A DNA stretch of 64,000 bases, taken from NCBI RefSeq assembly GCF_006345805.1, contig NC_043025.1:15872001-15936000 (forward strand). Direction: 5' to 3'. Shown one piece after another: positions 13,695 to 25,840 of the stretch. The notes beneath the pieces were generated by a model that searched no databases, was not told where the DNA came from, and was given only the letters and a program-made list of their open reading frames with translations. A program made the translations under genes and the position numbers. This stretch comes from Octopus sinensis. Taxonomy: Eukaryota. Each line of letters starts with the position of its first letter. The first letter of the stretch is position 1.

Positions 13695-13915
13695 TCTTTT
13701 ACTTGTTTCAGTCATTTGACTGTGGCCATGCTGGAGCACCACCTTTAGTCGAGCAAATCGACCCCACGACTTATTCTACTAAATCCACTCACAAGGCTTT
13801 GGTCAGCCTGAGGCTATAGTAGAAGACATTTGCCCAAGGTACCACATGGAGGGACTGAACCTGGAACCATGTGGTTGGGAAGCAAGTTTCTTACCACACA
13901 ACCACTCCTGTGCCT
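13695..13915 (-). mobile_element. SINE, internally deleted
   Basis: Head and tail match the 44553-44947 family. Confidence 0.75.
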
Positions 13916-14134
13916 GTATAAATTTTATTCCATGTGTTTAAATTGCTTATCTGCATAATTGCCCCTAAACCTGCTCAACTTGATCCCTCTGATGGTCTTT
14001 CTTTACCTTGTGGAATGATTCCCTGCAAAGACACTGAAGTCTCAGTTTGTATCTTTTGAGCACTACAGAGAGTCTCTACTATAGAGAGAGTCTCTGGATC
14101 TCATCTGTGAACTGTATATATATGTATATATATC

Positions 14135-14483
14135 GAGATCGAATTGAACCAGCCAGGATCCCTGGTCTGGTGGTACGTAAAAAGCACCATCCGACTCGTG
14201 GCCGATGCCAGCGCCACCTCGACTGGCTTCCGTGCCGGTGGCACATAAAATACACCAATCCGACCGTGGCCGTTGCCAGCCTCGCTTGGCACCTGTGCAG
14301 GTGGCACGTAAAAAAAGCACCCAATACACTCACGGAGTGGTGGCATTAGGAAGGGCATCAGCCGTAGAAAAATTGCCAGATAAGACTGGGCCTGGTGCAG
14401 CCTTCTGGCTCCCCAGATCCCGGTCGAACGTCCAACCCATGCTAGCATGGAGAACGGACGTTAAACGATGATGATGATGATGA
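14135..14483 (+). mobile_element. RTE 3' tail fragment
   Basis: Repeat units, terminal domain and (GAT)n. Confidence 0.85.
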
Positions 14484-16017
14484 TACATATGCATATATGA
14501 GTACAGGACGTCACTCATGGTGTAAATAACATGAAATACGTACACAAATGAGTTAAATATGTAAACAACGAGACAAAAATGGAAAACAGGACAAGTAAAT
14601 ACAGAGAAAGGGCCCCTCGTCAATTGTTGGCTGTCTGTCTACTCCTCATTTCAAGCATTCAATGACAATATGAGTCTTTAAAGACAGTTGCTCCCATAAT
14701 TTCTGAAATAAAATTTAGGATTTTATGGAGGGTCAAATTTGGGAAGAAAAAACAGGACAGTGGAAAGATAGAAGGAAACCGAATGAAAGCAAACATGGAG
14801 GGTCATTAGACCAGAATGAGAGGAAAATAGTGAATGCTGAGAGAAACATTTTCTTTTTAAATGAGAAAAGATAGAAGAGAGAGAGAAACACGTCTGCTCT
14901 TTTGAACGCCTGTAGAGGAAAAGAAAGATGGTCACGTGAGGAAAAGAAACACACACAAACAGATATACTTACATACATTATAATATTTTATTACAGCTGA
15001 GGAGATACACAACTGACACAAAGGCCTATCATGAAACTATCAGCCCTTGCATCATTGCTGTGGCTTCCTAGCTATAATAAAATATAAGCACATTAAGTAT
15101 TGAGTTCTTTTTGCATGTGTGCACATGTTCATGCAAGTGAATCTATATGTTATTGCATGCATGTGTGTATATGTATGTAAATATATATAGATCTATAGTT
15201 CATCAGTAGAAATACAAGTGAAAACCCAATTTAAAAAAGAGTAAAAAAACAGTGGAGTCCTCACATCAACTTTCATTTTTGGATGGGAGTTCATGTAGTC
15301 AAACAGCTTCTTGTAGTTCTGATACTGCAGGTCCCATTCATTGGACTTGTCATACGAAAGTCATCACCCAGAGGTATCAGTACAATGTTCTGTCGGTTTA
15401 GCTGAGATTTCTTGACGGTACCAATCGAGTAACATTTAAACCTGGTAAAAGAAGAGAGAGACAAGCAGACACTCAGACAAACTGACACAAGAAAAATGGC
15501 AACAGATTAATTAATCTTTTTTTTATGTTCATATTTCCTTGCTAGTATGGCTTAGATGACTATTTACTGAGGCAGTTGAAAAATGATGTTATGTGTAGTT
15601 TGTGTTCTAATGGGAAAGACAACCAAATGAAAACCATTGTTATTATTTACGTGTTATTTTCTATTCAGGATACACGGACTCAACATTCAGGTAAGTAATA
15701 CATTATATACTTTACACACAGTTGTACTGTTCACTAACAAAATAGTGCCAAGAGTGGGGATGTAGTTTGGCATACGCAAACACATAGATATGAATGTGTA
15801 ACAAATTAGACACCCTTCCTATTGCTGATAATTCTTAACTGTTTCTCAAGTAAAGGATCTTTTGCTTCACACATTTTGAAAGTACAGTCATCACTTGAAA
15901 CTCAGTGATTTGTAGAGAAGACATTTGCCCACAGTGCCACGTAATAGAATTGAAATCAAAAGGCATGTAGTTACAAAATGAACTTCAAACCACATGGTTA
16001 TGCTAGTTTGGGTCTAG

Positions 16018-16620
16018 GTGGCATGGATATTCTACAGGCAGAGAAATGGTGTGGATAAGGTGATTGAAGTAGTCAGGGTATGTGATAGAATTATTACGCT
16101 AAGAATAACCTTGTTCAATAACAATGAATCTCTTCCATGGACTGCCTCAACAACAAAAGATGACAAAGTTCTCATGGTGGCAGGGGACTTCAATGGTCAT
16201 GTTGGAAGACACCCTGATGGATTCCAGGGTGTGCATGGGGCTTTGGCTCAAGAAATGAGGAGGGTGGGGACAAGGCTACTTGGATTCTGTGATGCTCATG
16301 GCTTACTGGTCTGCAACACCAACTTCAGGAAACTGGCCAATCTTCTGGTAGACACACCAGCCAGATTGATTACATCTTCACCAGACACAATGACAGGTGT
16401 ATTCTCATAAATGTAAAATCTTACCCAAGTGAAGAATGTACAACTCAACATAAGCGAGTGGTTAGTGATTTCAGACTTAGGGCCAGAAGGATCCAAAGAC
16501 ACAAGCTAATATGGAAAAGGAGGTTATGGAATGTCAAGTATCCTTCAAATGGGCAGGGATTTAGTGATGTTCTTAATGAGACCTTTGATGAGAAGGAAAG
16601 AGGAATAGAGACATATTCTT
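16018..16620 (+). pseudogene. decayed RTE apurinic-like endonuclease
   Basis: VDKVIEVVRV and VAGDFNGHVG motifs; homologous to 21148-21950. Confidence 0.85.
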
Positions 16621-17034
16621 TCACTCATGAAAATTTATCACACCTTCACATAGTCTTTCGTTTCTAATTTCGTCTCTAATCTTATCTTTCTCCAAATCCA
16701 GGAACCATTCCGCTCGCGTGTTCTGACCCCCCACCCACTGGCTCATCTATCAGCCTTCATTCTGTCTAATTCCTACATTATATGCCGATAGATATCTATC
16801 AGCCTTTTTCTGTCTCTTAATTCCTAGCCCATGGTTGCCAGTTCGCGGTAGTACAAACGCCCCCACCCCCTCCACCTGTACTGAAAGTCCCTATCTCGTC
16901 TTCCTTTGCTTGTCTCCCATGAACACCTAAAGACCTTACGCCAACCCCACCCCTACTATATAAGGTAGTGATCATACAGTGCAAAACATGATAGTTTAGT
17001 GTAAGCAGGTTGAACTTAAGATCATTGTTTGACT

Positions 17035-19870
17035 ATGAATTCTGCCAAATGCGAGCTCTCTTTTTAGGTACATGACGCCACTGTCCTCCGTCCCAGGGTC
17101 TCTAGGGCCCATACCTCCCACACCCTCAGGGTTGGTACTCTCAACGTCGGCACACTGATGGACAGAGATTTAGAGACATATTACTCAAAGCCTTTGACGA
17201 AATAGAAGGGGATATAGCTTCACATGGTATAGAAGAAAACTGGAGGATCCTACAGGACAACCTGCTAAGGGCCACCGACCAGATCTGTGGATGGTGCAAA
17301 GTACCCTCTCAACCCAAAATAACGTGGTGGTGGAACAATGTTGTAGACAGGGCTATTAGACAAAATAAACAGGTTTGGAAGGACTGGAAGAATGGTGGTA
17401 GCAGGGAAGTGTATCAGACTGCCAGGAGGGAAGCTAGGAGACAGGTCTATCTAGCCAGAGGGGAAGCAGATAAGAAAAAATTTGCCAATGTTCTGTGCCG
17501 TGAGGATGAAAGACTTGAGGTATTTCGTGTTGCAAGACAGTGTGTGAGAGAGAATCGCGATGTGGTAGGAGAGAAATGTGTTCACATGGATGATGGTTCA
17601 TTTACACTGAATGAGGATGCAAAGAGAGAGGTTTGGAGACACCATTATGAAAGGTTGCTGAAATGAATGGGATAAAGAGAGTCTGCCGAATGTCGACCCA
17701 ACAGAGGGACCAGCTATCCGAGTTGACAGTTCCTTGGTAGATAAGGCAATTAGAAGCATGAAGACAGGGAAAGCCCCAGGCCCATCAGGAATTACTGCAG
17801 AGATGCTCAACATATCTGGCAGTGTCTGCTATAGCCTAGTCACCCGTATAGTCAACCAGGTGATACACGAAGGAGTCATACCCAATGACTGGTGCAGCAG
17901 CATACTAGTCAACTGCTACAAGGTAAAGGTGATGCCCTAGATACAAATAATTACAGAGGTATCAAGCTGTTGGATCAGGTAATGAAGGTTACGGAGAGGG
18001 TCATAGCCCAACTAATTAGAGAGAGAGTTAGCTTAGATGAGATGCAGTTTGGGTTCGTGCCAGGAAAAGTACACTGATGCTATATTCCTGGTAAGACAGC
18101 TGCAGGAGAAATACCTAGCCAAAGATAAGCCCCTGTACCTGGCTTTTGTTGACATGGAGAAAGCCTTTGATAGGGTCCCCCGATCCCTTATCTGGTGGTC
18201 AATGAGGAAACTAGGGATAGATGAATGGTTAGTGAGAGCTGTGCGAGCCATGTACAGGGACGCTGTCAGCAAGGTGAGGGTTGGCAACGAGTACAGTGAA
18301 GAATTCCGGGTAGAGGTTGGGGTCCACCGTCCTCTGCCCCCTCGTATTTATCATAGTCCTCCAGGCAATAACAGAGGAATTCAAGACAGGATGCCCCTGG
18401 GAGCTCCTCTATGCTGATGACCTTGCTCTAATTGCTGAGTCACTATCAGAACTAGAGGCAAAGTTTCAAGTGTGGAGACAAGGATTAGAATTGAAGGGCC
18501 TCAGAATCAACCTAGCTAAAACCAAAGTCCTAATAAGTAGGAAGGTAGACCAATCACAAACGCCTTCAGGTAGATGGCCCTGCTCAATCTGTAGAAAAGG
18601 TGTAGGTAGAAACTCTATAAGATGTACCCAGTGTAAGCTATGGACACATAAGAGGTGCAGCAATGTCAAAGGTAGGCTAACTGGGAAGATAGTTTTTGTA
18701 TGTGGCAGATGCTCAGGAGCAATAAGCACTGAAAATGTGCAGAGACCAACTTCTACCATGTTCCAGGGAGAAAAACTAGAAATAGTTGATAGCTTCCGCT
18801 ACCTAGGTGACCAAGTCAGTTGCAGGGTCATGCGTGTTGAAAGTGTAACTGCTAGAGTAAGAATAGCCTGGGCAAAGTTTAGAGAGCTCTTACCTCTGCT
18901 GGTGACAAAGGGCCTCTCACTCAGGGTAAAAGGCAGACTGTATGACGCATGTGTATGAACAGACATGCTACATGGCAGTGAAACATGGGCCATGACTGCT
19001 GAGGACATGCGTAAGCTTGCAAGGAATGAAGCCAGTATGATCTGATGGATGTGTAATGTCAGTGTTCATACTCAACAGAGTGTAAGTACCTTGAGAGAAA
19101 TGTTGGACCTAAAAAGCATCAGATGTGGTGTGCAAGAGAGACGACTGCGCTGGTATGGTCATGTGGCGAGAATGGATGAGATTAGCTGTATGAAAAAGTG
19201 CCACACCCTAGTGGTTGAGGGAACCTGTGGAAGAGGTAGACCCGGGGAGAAAGTGATGAAGCATGACCTTCGGGCTTTAGGCCTTACCGAAGCAATGACT
19301 AGTGACCAAGACTTTTGGAAATATGCTGTGCTCAAGAAGACCCGGCAAGCCAAATGAGACCATAACATCGTGGCCTATGCCAGGGGCGTAACCAGCCCAC
19401 TTATGCGTACCTTTTCCTTCTTTGGACACTAAACTCTGCTTGCGAAGACCTGTTGAGACAAGTGAAATCAAAATCAATTTCAATGACGGCATCCGTTCTA
19501 GCAGGGTGCAAAGAGCACCATACGAGTGTGATCGTTGCCAGAGGGGCTAACTGGCTTCTGTGCCGGTGGCACGTGAAAGGCACCATTCGAGCGTGATCGT
19601 TACCAGCATCGCCCTACTGGCACTTGTGCCGGTGGCATGTGTAAAAAGATTCGAGCAAAGTTGTTGCCAGAGTATGCCTGACTGACCCCCATGCCAGGGC
19701 ACGTAAAAAGCACCCACTACACTCTTGGAGTGGTTGGTGTTAGGAAGGGCATCACCTGTAGAAACTCTGCCAGATCAAGATTGGAGCCTGCTGCAGCCAT
19801 CTGGTTCGCCAGCTCTCAGTCAAATCGTCCAACCCATGCTAGCATGGAAAGCAGACGTTAAAAATGATGA
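17035..19870 (+). mobile_element. RTE-clade LINE, most of the endonuclease deleted, RT frameshifted
   Basis: LRVGTLNVGTL start, KAPGPSG, YRGIKLL, FVDMEKAFD, LLYADD, PHD-like finger, RLRWYGHV, 3' tail. Confidence 0.93.
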
Positions 19871-19954
19871 TATATACACACATATTGCATATATATCGAT
19901 ATATAGAAATATATATATATATATATACAAATATATGCATGTGTGTGTGTGTAT

Positions 19955-20340
19955 GAGTGGATGTGTGGTAAGTAGCTTGCTTACGAACCACAGGTTCCGG
20001 GTTCAGTCCCACTGCATGGCACTTGGTAAAGTGTCTTCTGCTATAGCCTGGGCCGACCAAAGCCATGTGAGTGGATTTGGTAGACGGAAACTGAAAGAAG
20101 CCCGTCGTATATATGTATATATATTGTGTATGTTTGTGTGTTGTGTTTGCCCCCCTCACCCAACATCGCTTGACAACCGATGCTGGTGTGTTTATGTCCC
20201 CGTAACTTAGCGGTTCGGTAAGACTGATAGAATAAGTACTAGGCTTACAAAGAATAAGTCCTGAGGTCGATTTCCTCGACTAAAGGCCGGTGCTCCAGCA
20301 TGGCCACAGTCAAATGACTGAAACAAATGAATGAATAAAA
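19955..20340 (+). mobile_element. tRNA-derived SINE (copies also at ~23650-24040 and ~27355-27745)
   Basis: GGGTTCAGTCCC B box and family match to 44553-44947. Confidence 0.85.
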
Positions 20341-21147
20341 AATATATATTCTGTGATTTGTAACCTCAACACAGGAGAGTCTCTTTTTCAAGGATGGACT
20401 TTATGAAATTTTACTCATCATACATTGAAGGACAAATCTTTCAATTACAATTTAATATAGTGGAACATTTAGTATATGTGTGTGTGACAAAACACGGATT
20501 TCAGAAAAATGACCAGCTAAGCGATTTTAACTTTCAACCTCATCCATTCATATTTTTATGCGTAGATTCGTAACCTAACCCCTTCCCCCTCGTTCTATAT
20601 TATCTATTTCTCTATCTTGTAAACATGGCACGATAGCTTCCTGTCTGTCTTAAGATCTTGCATTTTTCTATTCCTCTTTTATTTCAGGTTTATCCCTTCG
20701 TTATTCCATTCTCCGAATCCCTACAAAAATATTCTTCTTCCTTAACGTCTGACCACCTAAGGCTCTGACCCACCCCCTCTGACCCACGTCTCTCTCTTTC
20801 GACTTAGCACTGCGGTTTTCATTCAATTAAATTATGTTTTCCTCAAATCCCAAAGTTTCAACTTTCAACTCTATCTCACGATTTCGGCATTGGCTGTTCA
20901 GTAATTTTGTTGCAGAGAATTCCCTACGAATAATCTTCTCCCTCGTGTCTGTCCCTCAACCTCGTTGCTCCTTCGCGGTGCGCCCGCCCGCCCTCCCACC
21001 CCTCCACAATACCGGAAGTTTCTACCTCTGTCTTACATGGCTATCCCCCCCCACCGAATACCCCCCGGCACCCCTATGTAGGGTTTATTGTGATCATATA
21101 GCGCAAAAACTGTGAAATGTATGCAGGTTGTAGTCTAGAGTCTCAGT

Positions 21148-22026
21148 ATGAAATCTGGCAAATGCAAGCTTTCCTTTCAGTACATGACACGGCTGTCCCT
21201 CACCAGGGTCTCAGAGGCCCACACCTCCCACGCCCTCAGAGTTGGCACACTCAATGTTGGCACATTGAAAGGTAGGTGTGGAGAGCTGCTTGAACGGAGA
21301 CGTGTAGATTTATGCTGCATCCAAGAAGTAAAGGTGGAGAGGAGGTTCCTCACAGGCAAGGAACACAGGTACAAGATTTTCTGGGCAGGGAACACTGATG
21401 GGGTCGGGGGCGTGGGTATGCTTCTTGCGGAGAAATGGGTAGATAAGGTAATCGAGGTAGTCAGAGTAAGTGACAGAGTACTTAAGATTAGATTAGTGCT
21501 TCACCATAGGTCAGCTACCATCATCTCGGCATATGCCCCTCAACCAGGGCTACCGGAAGGACAGAAAGATCAATTCTATGACACCCTATTGCGGACTACC
21601 TCGTTGACAAATGACAGTGACCTTCTCTTTGTGGCAGGTGATTTCAATGGACATGTCGGGGGCTTCCATGGCGTTCATGGAGGTTACGGTTTTGGCTCTC
21701 GCAATGAGGAGGGAACCAGGCTGCTGGAGTTCTGCGATGCAAATGACCTTATGATTTGCAATACCAGCTTCAGGAAACCCACCTCTCACCTAGTCACCTA
21801 CCGTTCTGGCAGACACACTAGCCAGATTGACTACATCCTAGCCAGAAAGCGGGAAAGAGGGCTGCTTATAAATGCCAAAACCTTCCCAGGCGAAGAATGT
21901 ACTCCTCAACAAAGATTAGTAGTTAACGACTTCAGGATCAGAGCTAAATACATGCACCAGAATTCTGTATGGTATTATCCATATAAATCCGGGGGTGATT
22001 ATAATCAAAATAAGCAACAAGAATGA
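21148..22026 (+). CDS. RTE apurinic-like endonuclease domain, truncated at ~21950 by an unrelated insert
   Basis: 292-aa ORF with VGTLNV, CIQE, SAYAPQ, GDFNGH and SQIDYIL motifs. Confidence 0.9.
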   Translation: MKSGKCKLSFQYMTRLSLTRVSEAHTSHALRVGTLNVGTLKGRCGELLERRRVDLCCIQEVKVERRFLTGKEHRYKIFWAGNTDGVGGVGMLLAEKWVDKVIEVVRVSDRVLKIRLVLHHRSATIISAYAPQPGLPEGQKDQFYDTLLRTTSLTNDSDLLFVAGDFNGHVGGFHGVHGGYGFGSRNEEGTRLLEFCDANDLMICNTSFRKPTSHLVTYRSGRHTSQIDYILARKRERGLLINAKTFPGEECTPQQRLVVNDFRIRAKYMHQNSVWYYPYKSGGDYNQNKQQE

Positions 22027-24859
22027 CTCCGGAAATTTGGTATGATTGTTCGTACTACATCATTTTATTAAATGTTGTAAGTATTAAAACAGTTTTAAAA
22101 TACTGAGCACTCATCAGCCATTATAGAGGTTTTCCATTAATACAAAAATTTTAATATCAAGTGGCAACATTATGGAGAAGGTAGATACATAGACAAAGAT
22201 TGATTTAAAATTTGTAAGACCTTTGAGGTAGTGGAGCCCATCAACTGAATGACTAAGATTCAGTGTTCCAGACTGCTGAAAGGTTGTGAGAGGGAGAACA
22301 AATGAAAGGAGACAAAGATTTTCTATTTATAGAAATGGGATAAAGGGGATGTCAGAGCTCCATAAAGGAATTCATGTTGAAGACAGCAATTACCACTACC
22401 AAATGCCATTACTACTATTGATGAACAGATTTGGCATTAGGAGAACTAGGTCAATGTCAAGTGGTCACAATAATATTCACAGAGAATGCGGAGACCTTAC
22501 AAACCCTATGCACATCATCACAACAGTTGGTCTATAAGTTCCGAGTACATTGACACGTTAGAATAAAGGAAAAATATAAATCTAAAATTTATTCAATTAT
22601 GAGTAGGCATAGTACTTATTAACTGGGGGGAAAACCTTATTAATCAAGTGAACATATTAGGGGTCAAAATATATACTAAGAAAGATGGAAGAAGAAAAAT
22701 CAAAGAAGGAAGAAATTCGTAGGTTTAGTAGAAGGTGATTTAATAATATGAAGAGAGGTAATTTAGAAGAGTAAATTATTCAGATTTCATGGATAGTGAG
22801 TTGATATTAATGAATTAAAAAATAGGATCTATTGGAAATAAAATTTGCTACCTGAGGATAAAGGCTAATTAGTTAGGATGAGGATAGCTGTGTGAAAAAG
22901 TGTCACACCTTAGCGGTTGAGAGAAACTGTGGAAGAGGTAGACCCAGGAAGACCTGGGATGAGATGTTGAAGCACGACCTTCGAACATTAGGGACCAAGA
23001 CCTTTGGAAATATGATGTGCTTGAGAAGACTTGGCAAACCAAGTGAGACCATAACATGGCCTTTACCAGGGGTGTAACCAGCCCACTTATGCGTACCTTC
23101 CCTTCATTGGACACTAAACTCTGCTTGCAAAGGCCTGTTGAGACAAGTGAAATCAAAATCAATTTCAATGACGGCATCCGTTCTAGCAGGGTGCAAAGAG
23201 CACCATACGAGTGTGATCGTTGCCAGAGGGGCTAGCTAACTGGCTTCTGTGCGGTGGGTGGCACATGAAAGGCACCATTCGAGCGTGATCGTTACCAGAT
23301 CGCCAGCCCTACTGGCACTTGTGCCGGTGGCATGTGTAAAAAGATTCGAGCAAAGTTGTTGCCAGTACTGCCTGACTGACCCCCATGCCAGTGGCACGTA
23401 AAAAGCACCCACACCACTCTGGAGTGGTTGGTGTTAGGAAGGGCATCCAGCTGTAGAAACTCTGCCAGATCAAGATTGGAGCCTGGTGCAGCCATCTGGT
23501 TCGCCAGCTCTCAGTCCAATCGTCCAACCCATGCTAGCATGGAAGCAGACGTTAAACAATGATGATATATACACACATATTTGCATATATATCGATATAT
23601 AGAAATATATATATATATATATACAAATATATGCATGTGTGTGTGTGTATGAGTGGATGTGTGGTAAGTAGCTTGCTTACGAACCACATGGTTCCGGGTT
23701 CAGTCCCACTGCATGGCACCTTGGTAAAGTGTCTTCTGCTATAGCCTCGGGCCGACCAAAGCCATGTGAGTGGATTTGGTAGACGGAAACTGAAAGAAGC
23801 CCGTCGTATATATGTATATATATATGTGTATGTTTGTGTGGTTGTGTTTGCCCCCCTCACCCACATCGCTTGACACCGATGCTGGTGTGGTTTACGTCCC
23901 CGTAACTTAGCGGTTCGGCTAAGACTGATAGAATAAGTACTAGGCTTACAAAGAATAAGTCCTGAGGTCGATTTCCTCGACTAAAGGCGGTGCTCCAGCA
24001 TGGCCACAGTCAAATGACTGAAACAAATGAATGAATAAAAAATATATATTCTGTGATTTGTAACCTCAACACAGGAGAGTCTCTTTTTCAAGGATGGACT
24101 TTATGAAATTTTACTCATCATACATTGAAGGACAAATCTTTCAATTTACAATTTAATATAGTGGAACATTTAGTATATGTGTGTGTGACAAAACACGGAT
24201 TTCAGAAAAATGACCAGCTAAGCGATTTTAACTTTCAACCTCATCCATTCATATTTTTATGCGTAGATTCGTAACCCTAACCCCTTCCCCCTCGTTCTCT
24301 ATTATCTATTTCTCTATCTTGTAAACATGGCACCGATAGCTTCCTGTCTGTCTTAAGATCTTGCATTTTTCTATTCCTCTTTTATTTCAGGTTTATCCCT
24401 TCGTTATTCCATTCTCCCGAATTCCCTACAAAAATATTCTTTCTTCCTTAACGTCTGACCACCTAAGGCTCTGACCCCACCCCCCTCTGACCCACTGTCT
24501 CTCTCTTTCGACTTAGCACTGCGGTTTTCATTCAATTAAATTATGTTTTCCTCAAATCCCAAAGTTTCAACTTTCAACTCTATCTCACGATTTCGGCATT
24601 GGCTGTTTCAGTAATTTTTGTTGCAGAGAATTCCCTACGAATAATCTTCTCCCTCGTGTCTGTCCCTCAACCTCGTTGCTCCTTCGCGGTGCGCCCGCCC
24701 GCCCTCCCACCCCTCCCAATACCGGAAGTTTCTACCTCTGTCTTACATGGCTATCCCCCCCCCCACGAATACCCCCACCGGCACCCCTATGTAGGGTTAT
24801 TGTGATCATATAGCGCAAAAACTGTGAAATGTATGCAGGTTGTAGTCTAGAGTCTCAGT

Positions 24860-25660
24860 ATGAATCTGGCAAATGCAAGCTTTCTTTCAGGTACATGACA
24901 CGGCTGTCCCTCATCCCAGGGTCTCAGAGGCCCACACCTCCCACGCCCTCAGAGTTGGCACACTCAATGTTGGCACATTGAAAGGTAGGTGTGGAGAGCT
25001 GCTTGAACGGAGACGTGTAGATTTATGCTGCATCCAAGAAGTAAAGGTGGAGAGGAGGTTCCTCACAGGCGACAAGGAACACAGGTACAAGATTTTCTGG
25101 GCAGGGAACACTGATGGGGTCGGGGGCGTGGGTATGCTTCTTGCGGAGAAATGGGTAGATAAGGTAATCGAGGTAGTCAGAGTAAGTGACAGAGTACTTA
25201 AGATTAGATTAGTGCTTCACCATAGGTCAGCTACCATCATCTCGGCATATGCCCCTCAACCAGGGCTACCGGAAGGACAGAAAGATCAATTCTATGACAC
25301 CCTATTGCGGACTACCTCGTTGACAAATGACAGTGACCTTCTCTTGTGGCAGGTGATTTCAATGGACATGTCGGGGGCTTCCATGGCGTTCATGGAGGTT
25401 ACGGTTTGGCTCTCGCAATGAGGAGGGAACCAGGCTGCTGGAGTTCTGCGATGCAAATGACCTTATGATTTGCAATACAGCTTCAGGAAACCCACCTCTC
25501 ACCTAGTCACCTACCGTTCTGGCAGACACACTAGCCAGATTGACTAATCCTAGCCAGAAAGCGGGAAAGAGGGCTGCTTATAAATGCCACAAACCTTCCA
25601 GGCGAAGAATGTACTCCTCAACAAAGATTAGTAGTTAACGACTTCAGGATCAGAGCTAAA
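24860..25660 (+). pseudogene. RTE APE endonuclease, copy 2 (frameshifted)
   Basis: Duplicate of the 21148 ORF. Confidence 0.88.
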
Positions 25661-25749
25661 TACATGCACCAGAATTCTGTATGGTATTATCCATATAAAT
25701 CCGTGGGGTGGTGATTATAATCAAAATAAGCAACAAGAATGACTCCGGA

Positions 25750-25840
25750 AATTTGGTATGATTGTTTCGTACTACATCATTTTATTAAATGTTGTAAGTA
25801 TTAAAACAGTTTTAAAATACTGAGCACTCATCAGCCAATT
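25750..25840 (-). ncRNA. hammerhead-like motif with branched stem II (copies at 22034-22122 and 29454-29544)
   Basis: AAUUGG-CUGAUGA-GUGCU..two hairpins..AGUAC-GAAA-CAAUCA-UA-CCAAAUU; canonical core. Confidence 0.7.

Noticed and set aside
14990-15050. CTGAGGA..GAAACTATC hammerhead candidate
   Set aside because: No stem I complementarity
15290-15450. Possible host exon on the minus strand (acceptor-like CTCTCTCTTCTTTTACCAG near 15443)
   Set aside because: Isolated and short with no recognisable peptide; cannot be supported without RNA-seq
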